A stretch of DNA of 64,000 bases, from positions 62,434,001-62,498,000 of the forward strand of contig NC_043000.1 in the NCBI RefSeq assembly GCF_006345805.1, in the 5' to 3' direction. Origin of the DNA: Octopus sinensis (lineage: Eukaryota). Below are positions 1 to 12,271 of this stretch, piece by piece. Within the stretch, counting starts at the first letter, position 1. The number at the start of each line of letters is the position of its first letter. The position numbers and the translations under genes were made by a program. The notes below the pieces were generated by a model. It saw only the letters and a program-made list of their open reading frames with translations. It was not told where the DNA came from and did no database searches.

Positions 1-44
1 ACATATATGTATACTATACATAATGTAACGCATGTATATATATA

Positions 45-88
<44 letters not shown>

Positions 89-223
89 TTATATACATAT
101 ATATGTATATATATATATACATTTATATACATATATATGTATATATATATATATATACATTTATATACACATATATGTATATATATATATACATATATAC
201 ATATATATATATACATACATATT

Positions 224-269
<46 letters not shown>

Positions 270-598
270 GCATATATGCATATATACATTGATACATATA
301 TACATACATACATACATAACATCAACATATATATACATACATATATACATACATACAAGCATACATACATATATTACCTACGTACATACATACACTCATT
401 CAGTTATTCATTCATATATGTATAAAGTATCATAAGTTTCAATAAAAGTAAAAACTTACTACAAAGTAAAGTGTTAAATTTATCTAAAATCCTACAGTTG
501 TTTATGATATATATTGTTCCATTATTTCCCCCTCCGATATCTCTCTCTCTCTCTTTCTTCCTTTCTTTCTTTCTTGTTCTCTCTCCCTCTTTCTTTCC

Positions 599-666
<68 letters not shown>

Positions 667-1040
667 ATGTATGTATGTATGTATTATATAAGTATATATA
701 TATATATATATTATTGTATACACGCACACACACACATATGTATTCCTATATATATATATACAGAGAGAGCGTGAGAGCGAGAGAGATACATATATGCATA
801 TATGTATATATTTTAATATATATATATCAAATATATTTATACTTATATATTATATATATACATATATATACATATATATCATATATATATTACATATATA
901 CATGTATATGTATATGTATATGTATATATACATATATATATTTACATTCATATATTATTATATAAAAAGAAAGAGGGGGCGAGTTGGAGAGAGATACGTA
1001 TAAAAATATAAATATATATATATATACATATATATATATA
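1..1040. repeat. Compound (TA)n/(TACA)n/(CT)n microsatellite tract
   Basis: Directly visible simple repeats; they explain the YIYIYI-type ORFs. Confidence 0.97.
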
Positions 1041-1041
1041 C

Positions 1042-2065
1042 CTATTCACATAATACATATAATATGTATGTATATGTAAACGAAGTACTACTTAAGCTGT
1101 TATGGTGTGTGCCTGTTAGTGTAGGTGTATGAAGAATTACCACGGAATGAGTTCTTCCCTTTTTTTCTAATGATGTGATAACTTTACTATTATTTACAAT
1201 CAACTTAGAAGAAAGAGTACGTAGGATCACGTTAAAATAAATGAAAATATAAAAAAAGAAATATGAAAAGAGAAAACAATTATATAAATATAATGCAAAA
1301 AATATGTGTATATCGGCAACTAACCCCTTCGTCATTGTACAATCATATTCAGCCCTTAATTTCTTATGATAAAAATAAACCTTGTGCGTAAGCGCATCTG
1401 ATTGATAGGCGGTCGTGACAAGCCCCGCCTCCTGCAGCCCTCACACATCTCTTAATATAAATAATGCTTGTGACAAAATGAACGAAATATTGCTCTTCGT
1501 TTATAGATTGACAGAGAACTACAAGAAATGCAACAGGTTCTGGGCTGGTTAATCTAGCGTGTGGGCAGCAGTTAGCACTATTTATTGCAGAAAATCTTCC
1601 GAGACTTTTTGATTAGTGAAGAAACTCGCAAACACAAACGCGAAAAAAAAAAGATATACATACATATATATATATTTGATTTAAACATCTGATAGTAGCA
1701 TTTCTTCAAATACTGACTGCTTCGAAACAAATATCTGAGGTAAGTCTGAGAAATTTTCTGTTTGTCAATTTGTTTTGATATTGTTCCGAAATAGAGAAAA
1801 AACATAAACAGCATGAAAGCCGAAAAATACTGAAACAATGTGAATATAATTTTTTTATAATGGACTTACTTTTTTGGGGTTTTTTTTTCCGACGCGCTAA
1901 TTTTCTTATTTGAGCGTGAGTGTGTGTTTGTGTGTATGTGTGCGAGTGAGTTTGTGTGTGTGTGAGACTATACATATATACATGTATATATATACATATA
2001 TATATATGTCCCTATTTGGGACATATATATATATACATATTCGCACGCATATACAGGATTACTTA

Positions 2066-2109
<44 letters not shown>

Positions 2110-3261
2110 GATATATAATATATATATATATATATAGATATATATATATATATATATATATTATGTATATGCATATATAATGTATGTATATGTGTATATA
2201 CATATTATAATATACATATATATATATACTATTCACATATACATATATTATGTATGTATATGTAAACGAAGTACTACTTAAGCTGTTATGGTGTGTGCCT
2301 GTTAGTGTAGGTGTATGAAGAATTAATTACCACGGAATGAGTTCTTCCTTTTTTTCTAATGATGTGATAACTTTACTATTATTTACAATCAACTTAGAAG
2401 AAAGAGTACGTAGGATCACGTTAAAATAAATGAAAATATAAAAAAAGAAATATGAAAAGAGAAAACAATTATATAAATATAATGCAAAAAATATGTGTAT
2501 ATCGGCAACTAACCCCTTCGTCATTGTACAATCATATTCAGCCCTTAATTTCTTATGATAAAAATAAACCTTGTGCGTAAGCGCATCTGATTGATAGGCG
2601 GTCGTGACAAGCCCCGCCTCCTGCAGCCCTCACACATCTCTTAATATAAATAATGCTTGTGACAAAATGAACGAAATATTGCTCTTCGTTTATAGATTGA
2701 CAGAGAACTACAAATGCAACAGGTTCTGGGCTGGTTAATCTAGCGTGTGGGCAGCAGTTAGCACTATTTATTGCAGAAAATCTTCCGAGACTTTTTGATT
2801 AGTGAAGAAACTCGCAAACACAAACGCGAAAAAAAAAAGATTATATATACATATATATATATTTGATTTAAACATCTGATAGTAGCATTTCTTCAAATAC
2901 TGACTGCTTCGAAACAAATATCTGAGGTAAGTCTGAGAAATTTTCTGTTTGTCAATTTGTTTTGATATTGTTCCGAAATAGAGAAAAAACATAAACAGCA
3001 TGAAAGCCGAAAAATACTGAAACAATGTGAATATAATTTATTTTATTAATGGACTTACTTTTTTGGGGTTTTTTTTTCCGACGCGCTAATTTTCTTATTT
3101 GAGCGTGAGTGTGTGTTTGTGTGTATGTGTGCGAGTGAGTTTGTGTGTGTGTGAGACTATACATATATACATGTATATATATATACATATATATATATGT
3201 CCCTATTTGGGACATATATATATATATACATATTCGCACGCATATACAGGATTACTTATAG

Positions 3262-3294
<33 letters not shown>

Positions 3295-3296
3295 AT

Positions 3297-3337
<41 letters not shown>

Positions 3338-3400
3338 TATATATATATAAATAAATATATATATTATGTATATGCATATATATATGTATGTATATGTGTA
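1042..3400 (+). repeat. Tandem duplication, two ~1.19-kb units (about 1042-2228 and 2229-3400)
   Basis: 'ctattcaca...gaagtactacttaagctg' occurs at 1042 and 2229. The whole unique core is repeated through 'gcacgcatatacaggattactta' (2043 and 3236). Differences are mostly small indels. Confidence 0.95.
1386..1440 (+). promoter_or_regulatory. CpG-enriched promoter-like patch with a GC box (second copy ~2575-2630)
   Basis: ccccgcctcc (Sp/KLF-like) at 1423-1432, five CpGs in ~55 bp against an AT-rich background, and a consensus donor GAG|GTAAGT downstream at 1739/1740. Motif-level evidence only. Confidence 0.3.
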
Positions 3401-3427
3401 TATATACATATATATATATACATATAC

Positions 3428-3484
<57 letters not shown>

Positions 3485-4624
3485 TATATATATATATGTA
3501 TTTATAACTATTATCTTTAGATGTATCGATTTGTGAATGTGTTTGTGTGTATGCGCGTGTGTGTTTATGGATATCTATGTATATATGCATTCATGTATAC
3601 ATGTATGTATCTACCTGTATTAACATATTTACCAACCTATTACCAAATTATCTGTTTACATGTCTTCATGTGTGTGTACCCCCCTCTCTCTCTTTCCTCT
3701 CTCTCTCTCTCTTTCACTCTCTCTCTCTATCAACCTGTGCATTTAGTTTTCTTTACATCTTACAGTCTCGCACGATCTTGTATTCGTGTATTTACTTGCG
3801 AGCTTTCCTGCTTGCCTGTACTCGCGTCCTCCTAATTGATCGTGTGTGTGCGTGTATCTACCTGCGAGTATCTTTATTTGTGTATGAGCATCAATGTGTG
3901 ATTAAAACGAAGGGGACAAACTAGAATACGTGCGCGGCCAGGATAAATTTTTCGGTTTTCAATAATAAAAACTGATAACGTTTTTATATAACGAAGCAAT
4001 TTCTGGTTATTAATTTTTATAGAAATGACATCGACACAAAACCCATTTATGTGACGTTTTGAGGATATTTCAAGTAAAGTTTGAAAACTTTATCACTACA
4101 TTGTTGTATTTATTTAAGTTTTATACGCTGTTGACAAAAAGTGTGTAAAGCCTGTAAACAGAGGTATTTGAAAGATAATTTGCCTGAATTTCGATTTCAA
4201 TCGAATGTGTTCAAGTTGAAATAAATTCTTATAAACATATCACACACATACACACACACGCGCAATCATACATACATGCATACATACATACATACATACA
4301 CACGTGTGCATATGTATACATGTATATGTTTGTATTCACAACACACACACGCACCTGAGCACTGTATACAATAATTTCATTATTATTATTTTATATATAC
4401 ACAGATATAGAAATAAACATATATACGGTGTTTCTCATATATATATATATATATATGAGTGATGAGAGAGAGAAAGTGAGTGAGTGAGTGAGTGAGAAAG
4501 AGAGATTGCGTGAGAGAGAGACAGTCAGATAGGCAAACTGGTAGAAGATAGGTAGATGGATAAGTTTTAATACTCATGTATTAATTTAACCTTGTCCCCT
4601 TACTATGACCTATCCTATATATAT

Positions 4625-4674
<50 letters not shown>

Positions 4675-4749
4675 TGTGTGTGTGTGTGTGCGTGGTGTGT
4701 GTGTGTGTGTGTGTGGTGTGTGTGTGTGTGTGTGTGTGCGTGTGTATGT

Positions 4750-5035
4750 GGTGTGTGGAGGCGCAATGATCGGAGGATCGTGGTTTCGATTTCCAGACGA
4801 GGCGTTGTGCGTGTTTATTGAACGAAAACACCTAAAAGCTCCACAAGGCTCCGGCAGGGGTGGTGGTGACCCCTGTTGTTATCTCTTTTGACTCAACTTT
4901 CTCTCACTCTCTCTTCCTGTTTCTTGAGTAACGCTGCGATGGACTGGCGTCCCGTCCAGCTGGGGCGGGGAGGAACACATACGTCACAGAAACCAGGAAA
5001 CCGGGCCCATGAGCCTGGCTAGGCTTTAAAAGGAC
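4750..5035 (+). mobile_element. tRNA-derived SINE with a V-domain-like core
   Basis: B-box-like 'ggtttcgatttcc' and central 'ctgcgatggactggcgtcccgtccag' (4934-4959), which resembles the V-SINE core as I recall it. Related reverse copies at ~38140-38320 and ~52490-52590. Confidence 0.65.
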
Positions 5036-5043
5036 GAAAGAAA

Positions 5044-5091
<48 letters not shown>

Positions 5092-5129
5092 TCACGCGTA
5101 TATACAAATACACATACAAACACAGATCT

Positions 5130-5590
5130 TGTTTGACGTGTGAGCCGGCAGTCGCTCAATGAACTGGACAGCAAGCACATTGTATTAACGTGTTAGGCGG
5201 TTGAGCATTCTGTTAAAAGCACAGTCGGATTCAACACGTTGCACGGAGGTATGCAGTCATACATGTGTAGAAGATACTGGAGGAGCTGGCACCAAGCCTT
5301 GGAATTGAGAGTTGGACCAGACCTCGAAATGGACGTAACTGCACTGTTCCATAAGTTCCTGCTGTCCCATCTAAGGCGAGGATCATATAGTGAAATAGCT
5401 TGGAATTCAAGATCCCACAGTTATCTAACTCCTTGCCAAAGCATCTAAGGGATCTGCATGGAGTGAAAGTCGATGTTTTCAAGTACTATCTTGACCTCTT
5501 GCTTGACAAGAACCCAGATGAACCAATATCAAAGCAGGAAATTCAAAACAGATTGGCAATATCGAACTCCCTCCTTCAGCAAAAGCCAAT
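5130..5590 (+). mobile_element. CR1/L2-group LINE, decayed ORF2 C-terminal fragment
   Basis: Translation 'NSLPKHLRDLHGVKVDVFKYYLDLLLDKNPDEP...SNSLLQQ' fits the NSLP..R...FK..LD..L...PD.P...SNSL C-terminus of Jockey/CR1-group ORF2. Confidence 0.75.
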
Positions 5591-5610
5591 TGCAAAGAAG
5601 TGGCCATTTA

Positions 5611-8600
5611 AACCGTTAGCACGCCAGGCGAAATGCTTAGTGACATTTCGTCTGCCGTTACATTCTGAGTTCAAATTCCGCCGAAGTCGACTTTGCCTTT
5701 CAACCCATCGGGGTCAATAAATTAAGTACCAGTTACGCACTGGGGTAGATGTAATCGACTTAATCCATTTGTCTGTCCTTGTTTGTCCCTTCTGTGTTTA
5801 GCCCCTTGTGGGTAGTAAAGAAATAGGTATTTCGCCCGTCGCTACGTTCTGAGTTCAAATTCCGCCGAGGTTGACTTTGCCTCTCATCCTTTCGAGGTGG
5901 ATAAATTAAGTACAAGTTGCCTACTGGGGTCGATATAATCGACTGGCGCCTTTTCCAAAAAGTTCGGGCCTTGTGCCTAGAGGAGAAAAGGAAAAAAATG
6001 ATATTCACTTTCATTTATTCAAATAAAATAATAATGAAAACTGGTCATACAGATTATTTCCGCCGAATAAGGCGGCAAGCTTGTAGAGTCGGTACAGTGT
6101 CGTGGAGAAAATACTTTGCAACAGTTCTTCTGGTTCTTTACATTCTGAGTTCAAATCCCGCCGAGTTCAACCAGCCTTCCGGAGTAGGTAACATAAAGTA
6201 CTAATCAAGTACTAGGGCTGATACTATCGGCTAAATCCCTTCCCCTAAAACTGCAGGCCTTGCGTTAAAATTTTAAACCAGTATTTCTGCCAAATAAAGC
6301 AGAGTGCTAGCAGAATCAATAGACCTTCAAGGAAAATACTTTCCTAAATTACTTCTAGTTATTTACATTCTGAGTTCAAATGATACTAAGGTAAGCTGTC
6401 ATTTTGTCTTTTCGAGGTCGACAACATAACGTGTCATTGAAGTACTGGGGTTGATCGTATCAAAAACCTCCTTCCTAAAAATTATTTGCCTTGAGCCTCA
6501 GCCTGAAATCATTGTTTCCCTGCAATTCAATGATTTCCTCAATTCTAAACTTAGATGCCTCACATTACACCTTATCAACTTAAACTTACATTCCCGTCGT
6601 TCATTACCGGGATGTGTATGGTATTGTTTATCGTTGTGTATTTCAAAGTACATGAGTTCACTCATTTCTTTCTCACAGAAATTCTGTAGTCCTTCCTTTT
6701 TCCGGTCCTATTCGCACAAAAATTGCAAGCTGCACTAAGATTTTCATTCGTAAGCGCTTGCTGGGATGCATCAGTATCAGTCGGTTCATTCGCCTTCAGT
6801 ACGTAACTGGTACTTCATTTTATCGATCCTAAAAGACCAAAGGACCACGACAGAATTTTAACTCTGAACGTAGATTTATGAGATTAAATACCGCAAGGCA
6901 TTTTGTCCGGCACTCTAAAGATTTGGCTAATATACCACCCAAAATTTAGTTTTATAGCTACTTCCCAATTTCAAATACATACAAACATATTCATGACATT
7001 AAATTTCTAACATAGGCATACGGCCAGGAATAATTTTGAGGGAGCGAGCATCGATTATATCTATGACTTGACTGATCTTCATTTTATCAATATTGGAAGA
7101 ATGAAAGGCAAAGTTGACCTTGATTAGATTTGAAATTGGAACGAAAAGACCCGCAACTGATGTTGCTCAAGAAATTTTGCTTTTCATTTAACAATTACAA
7201 TTACTTTCCAAAGTCAAATGAAAGCAAATAGAATCAGAATACCTTTTTTTTTTCTACAATCGGCACATGGGCTGGTATTTTAGGGGAGGGCTAAGTCGAT
7301 TACATCGAACTCAGTGCTTAACTGGTTTCTATTTCATCGACTCCCAGTGGATGAAAGGCAAAGTCGACCTCAGCAGAATTTGAATTCAGAACGTAATGAC
7401 GGATGAAATGCCGCTAACCATTTTATCCGGAGTGCCAGTGATTCTGCCAGATGGCCACCTTATCAAGGAACATAGTATTGAGTAAGTTTGACACCTTTCA
7501 TACTCATTTCCTTCCTATACTGCAACAAATGAAATCTCCTTGTACTGTATGAAACCTCACTGTGATAAAAGATTGAGTAAGAATGAATTAACAACCGTTA
7601 ACACCAGACGTATAACAAGCAAATTCACTAGTTATTAATATAGAAACGGTGTAAAGCAGCGAGCTGGCAGAAAAATGCTTAGCAGCAGTTCGTCCGTTTT
7701 TACGTTCTGAATGCTCATTCCGCCGAGATCGACTTTGTCTTTCATCCTTTTGAGTTGTTGAGATCGATGTAATCGATTTATCCCCCAGCGCCAAAATTAC
7801 TGACCTTGTGCCAAACTTTCAAACCAATATAGAGACGGTGCTAATATTAATAAAATACACATTTCTTCTGACTAAACATAAGGCTACTTTAATAACCTAT
7901 CAGATTAATCTAGTCCCAGCATATCATGTGGTCGTTTGACCTATTTAATTCTTTGGTGGGGCCGAGGCTATAACAGAAGACGCTTGCCCAAGGTGCCACG
8001 CAGTGGAACTTAATCCGGAACCATGTGATTGGGAAGCAAGCTTCTTCACATACACTCCTGCGCCTAAGAAATATCTGTTAATTTTTCCCGTAAATCACAT
8101 CCCATCATCATACAAATGAAAGCGTAACTGGTGGGAAAATGTATTCTTAGAAAATGTAGTCTAAGCTAGGTTGTTTATGACTAGAACGACATTTGTCAAG
8201 GGATACAACTACCAATGTTCATCAGAGTATTAGAAACCTAAGTTTGAAGATTAAAAAATATACAGGTCGAGAATAACTATGGTAAAACATGTTAGTGTTT
8301 GTCGAAACAATTGTTTTTATTGTTATTTTCAATATTTCAAATCAAACCGAAGTCAGCTTTGCCTTTAATCATTTCAGGGCGATATAATAAAGTACCAGTC
8401 AAATACTGGAATCAATTGGTATCGCTTAATTCTCAGCCCTTGTGAAGAAACAGTTGGCTTTATGAAGAAACGGTTATTTTATTAAGGCGACGAACTGGCA
8501 GAATCGTTCGCACGCCGGACAAAATACTTAGTGGCATTTCGTTCGTCCTAATGTTCTGAGTTTAAATTCTGCCAAGGTCGACTTTGCCTTTCATTATTTC

Positions 8601-9569
8601 GCGGTCGATAAAATAAGCACCAGTTAAGAACTGGGCTCAATGTAATCGGATAACTCTTCCCACAAAATTTCAGACCTTGTACCTGTAGTAAAAAGAATTA
8701 TTATTGATTTCAAATGTTGGCACAAGGCCATCAACTTCGGGGCAAGGGTAATTCGATTACATCGATCCCAGTGCTCAACTAGTACTTATTTTATAGCCCC
8801 TGAAAGGATGAAAGTTAGAGTCGACCTCGTTAGAATTAGAACCCAGAACGTGAAGACGGGCGAGATGCCGCTAAGCATTTTGTCCGATGTGCTAATGACT
8901 CTGTCAGCTCGTCGCCCTAGAAACGATTATTATTGTTAAGACAGTCAAGTGGGAGCGTCATTAGGTCTTCGGGACAAAATACTGTACAGTATTTGTTCTG
9001 GGTTTTTGCTTTTAGGGTGCAAATCCAGCCAAAGTCACCTTTGCTTTACAGCCTCTCGGGAACGATGAACTCAAGAGCCGGTCAAGAATGGGAGGTGATT
9101 TAATCGACTAGCATCACCCAATAAAATTTCTCGCCTGGAGCTAAAATAGTCTGCGGCATTCATCTTTACATTCTGATTTCAAATCTCACCCCAACAGAGT
9201 CTATAAAACAAAGAGCTAGTCTATTATTGGGCCGATGGTACGACTATTTAGCTTCCTCTCATAATTTCTAGTCGTGTGCCTAAATTATAAACATTATCAT
9301 TGTGAAAGTGGTGAACTGAATAGAATCGTTAGAGAGTCAGAATGCCTTGCAGTATTTCTTCTAATTCTTTGCATTCTGAGTTCAAAAGCTTTTTCATCCT
9401 TTCAGGATCGATAAAATGAAATTTCATTCAACAACTTGGAAGGAGTTTATGAAGTCAACTTAAGTCCTCCTCTCGAAATTGCTAGCTAGCTTTATAGCTA
9501 AATCGGAACCATTTATCATTATTTTGCGTTCAGCTCCTGTGGCCAATAAAAGAAACTATTATTATATTA

Positions 9570-9606
<37 letters not shown>

Positions 9607-9751
9607 TATATATATATTATTATCATTATTATTATTTACACTAGAGTTATTATATATATAGATATATATATATATCTATATAAGTATCAGTTGAACACTG
9701 GAGTAATGTAGTGACTAGCCCACTAGTATAGTAGTAGTAGTAGTGTAGTCA

Positions 9752-9804
<53 letters not shown>

Positions 9805-10420
9805 AGGGGGCGAGCTGGCAGAATCGTTAGCATGCCGGGCGAAAAGCATAGTAGCATTTCGTTCGTCTTAACATTCTGAGTTCAAACACCGCCGGGGTCG
9901 ACTTTGCCTTTCACCTTCTCGGGATCGATAAAATAAGCATCAGCTGACCACTTATTCCCTCCTGCGAAATGACTGGCCTTGTGCCAGAATGTTAAGCCAT
10001 TATTAATTATCATTATTGCTGTTGTTGTTGTTGTTGTTGATTAGGCGGTAAACTGGCAGAATTGTGAACACGTCGACCAAAATGTTTAGCGGCATTACGT
10101 TCTGAGTTCAAATTCCGCCGAGGTCGACTTGGTCTTTCATCCCTTTCAAGGTAGATAAAACAAGTACCAGGAAAGCATTGGGATCGATCTGATCCACTTA
10201 CCGACACCTCTGAAATTGCTGGCTTTGTGCTAAAATGTGAAAGCATTATTATCATCATTGCTAAAGTGCTTTACGTTACAAGTTGAAATACCACCGAGAT
10301 CGTCTTTGCTTTTCATCATTTTGAGATCGATAAAATAAATACCACTGAATAAATATTGGTGACGATGTAATCGACGAAGCCCCCACCTCAAAACTTTGAA
10401 GCATTGTGCCTCTCTAAGAA
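5611..10420. mobile_element. Dense cluster of roughly 15 or more copies of the dominant ~200-bp tRNA-derived SINE, both orientations
   Basis: Recurrent consensus 'ggcggcgagctggcagaa..gttagcacgccgggc...ttctgagttcaaattccgccgaggtcgactttgcctttcatcc...gtcgataaa.taagtaccag' at about 5611, 5826, 6065, 6340, 7655, 8486, 8940, 9805, 10043, 10260 (+) and 6780, 7010, 7255, 8717 (-). A second SINE family lies at ~7960-8065 (-). Confidence 0.9.
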
Positions 10421-11059
10421 ATAATTTGCAATTCCAAGTTTTAGCTACTATTTTCCACTTGCCAGGCGACCACATTTGTTGCTATTTCTATCTTATATAG
10501 ATTATCAAGTTCTTGTTAAAAATAGAGAATTTATAACGCAGCTAACTATTACTGGGATGAACTGTACTTTTATTACACATAGAAGCCGCAACTATATAAG
10601 AGGTGCAAGAAAAGCTGCATATCAATGTGAAGATAAAATTTTAAGTGCTTTCTTATACACATTCTTATTTGTGATAAGCACTCTTATTTGGTGCGGTAAT
10701 CATATGTTTATTTGATATGTTACAGAGATTTTTACAAGTCAATTTGAATATTGAAATTAATTGAATTTCAAAATACACATGTTCAATGACAACACACGCA
10801 CTGCACAAAAATTACTGTATATATATATACATGCATGTGTGTGGGGGTGGGTGGATGTATGTGTGTGTGTGTGAATGTCTACATATATATAAGCTTAAGC
10901 TTATAAACGTTCACTGCATATTGGTTATAGAAAATAATCAAATATTGAGGTATAGAAGCCCTCGGTAGGAAAACGTATTAGAGCCAAAATATTAGACTAT
11001 ATATATATGTGTGTGTGTGCATATATATCTATATGAATTATATATATGTGCATACATAA

Positions 11060-11104
<45 letters not shown>

Positions 11105-11170
11105 AGTGGGGTGCACGGGTGTGTATTTACATATATGTATGTGTATGTATATGTGTGTGTATATATATAT

Positions 11171-11297
11171 AAAATTTAGATTCAGATGAATATGGTACTT
11201 AAGTCGAGGAACCAGAATTTAGTATGGTATTATCCATACAATTTCAAAATAAGGTGATTAAAATCAAAATCAAAATCCTTGTTGCTTATTTTAATTA
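11171..11297 (+). repeat. Short interspersed element, same family as 24041-24248, lacking the internal hairpin
   Basis: Shares 'aaaatttagattcagatgaatatggtactta...gtatggtattatccata' and the terminal 'atccttgttgcttatttt' with the 24-kb copy; embedded in (TA)n. Confidence 0.8.
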
Positions 11298-11697
11298 TAT
11301 ATATATATATATAACTGGAAATTACGCAACGAACATACAGTTGTTTCTAATCTGAGATGCAGTGTACGCAGAGGTGAGAGCTCTTTAAGCTCGGGAGAAG
11401 CTATAAGTTGATGCACACGTACTCAACTCTGAGTACACTGCATAGTACAGAGAGCTGAAAACTAACGTAGTTGATAGCATAATTTCTTGTTGTTTTGGGG
11501 TGTGGGAGTTATCATTTAATTTCATATCGTGCTGTGCAATTTAATAACGCTACATTCCAAACTACATGAATGTTGAGTTCTAGCAACAGGTTAGTAGTAT
11601 TGTTATACCTAAAGGATATATGTATAATATATATATATATATATTATATATATATATATAGATATATATCTATAGATATTATATATATATAATATAT

Positions 11698-11699
<2 letters not shown>

Positions 11700-11793
<94 letters not shown>
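11700..11793 (+). repeat. (GATA)n microsatellite
   Basis: Directly visible. Confidence 0.97.
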
Positions 11794-11794
<1 letters not shown>

Positions 11795-12090
11795 TGTGTG
11801 TGTGTGTGTGTGTGTGTACAAACAGGAAGGATCAAAATTCCTTCCCGAACCATAGGCTCATAAGGTCCGTTTCCATGATTTTGTTACATCTATTTTACCT
11901 CCTGGTCCTATGAAAGATTAAAAGTTTTTGTCAGCTGAGTAGAGTGTAGCTACGTGAAATGAAGCATTTTACTTAAGAACATAACCAACGCCCCGATACG
12001 AAACAACACCAAAATGTTACGTTACTTCTATAGACATATTATATATATATATATATATAAATACCCCTACCTGTTAATTGCGCGCGCTAT

Positions 12091-12190
<100 letters not shown>

Positions 12191-12271
12191 TATATATAAT
12201 ATATATATATATATATGTATATATTATATTACATACACACACATATTTGTATGTATATGTATGCACATATA

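Noticed and set aside
3925-4210. Possible non-autonomous DNA transposon
   Set aside because: No terminal inverted repeats, target-site duplication or second copy could be found.
10476-10715. 79-aa ORF with a possible acceptor at 10500 and a donor near 10696
   Set aside because: No recognisable domain, a mediocre donor and no partner exon; compatible with chance.
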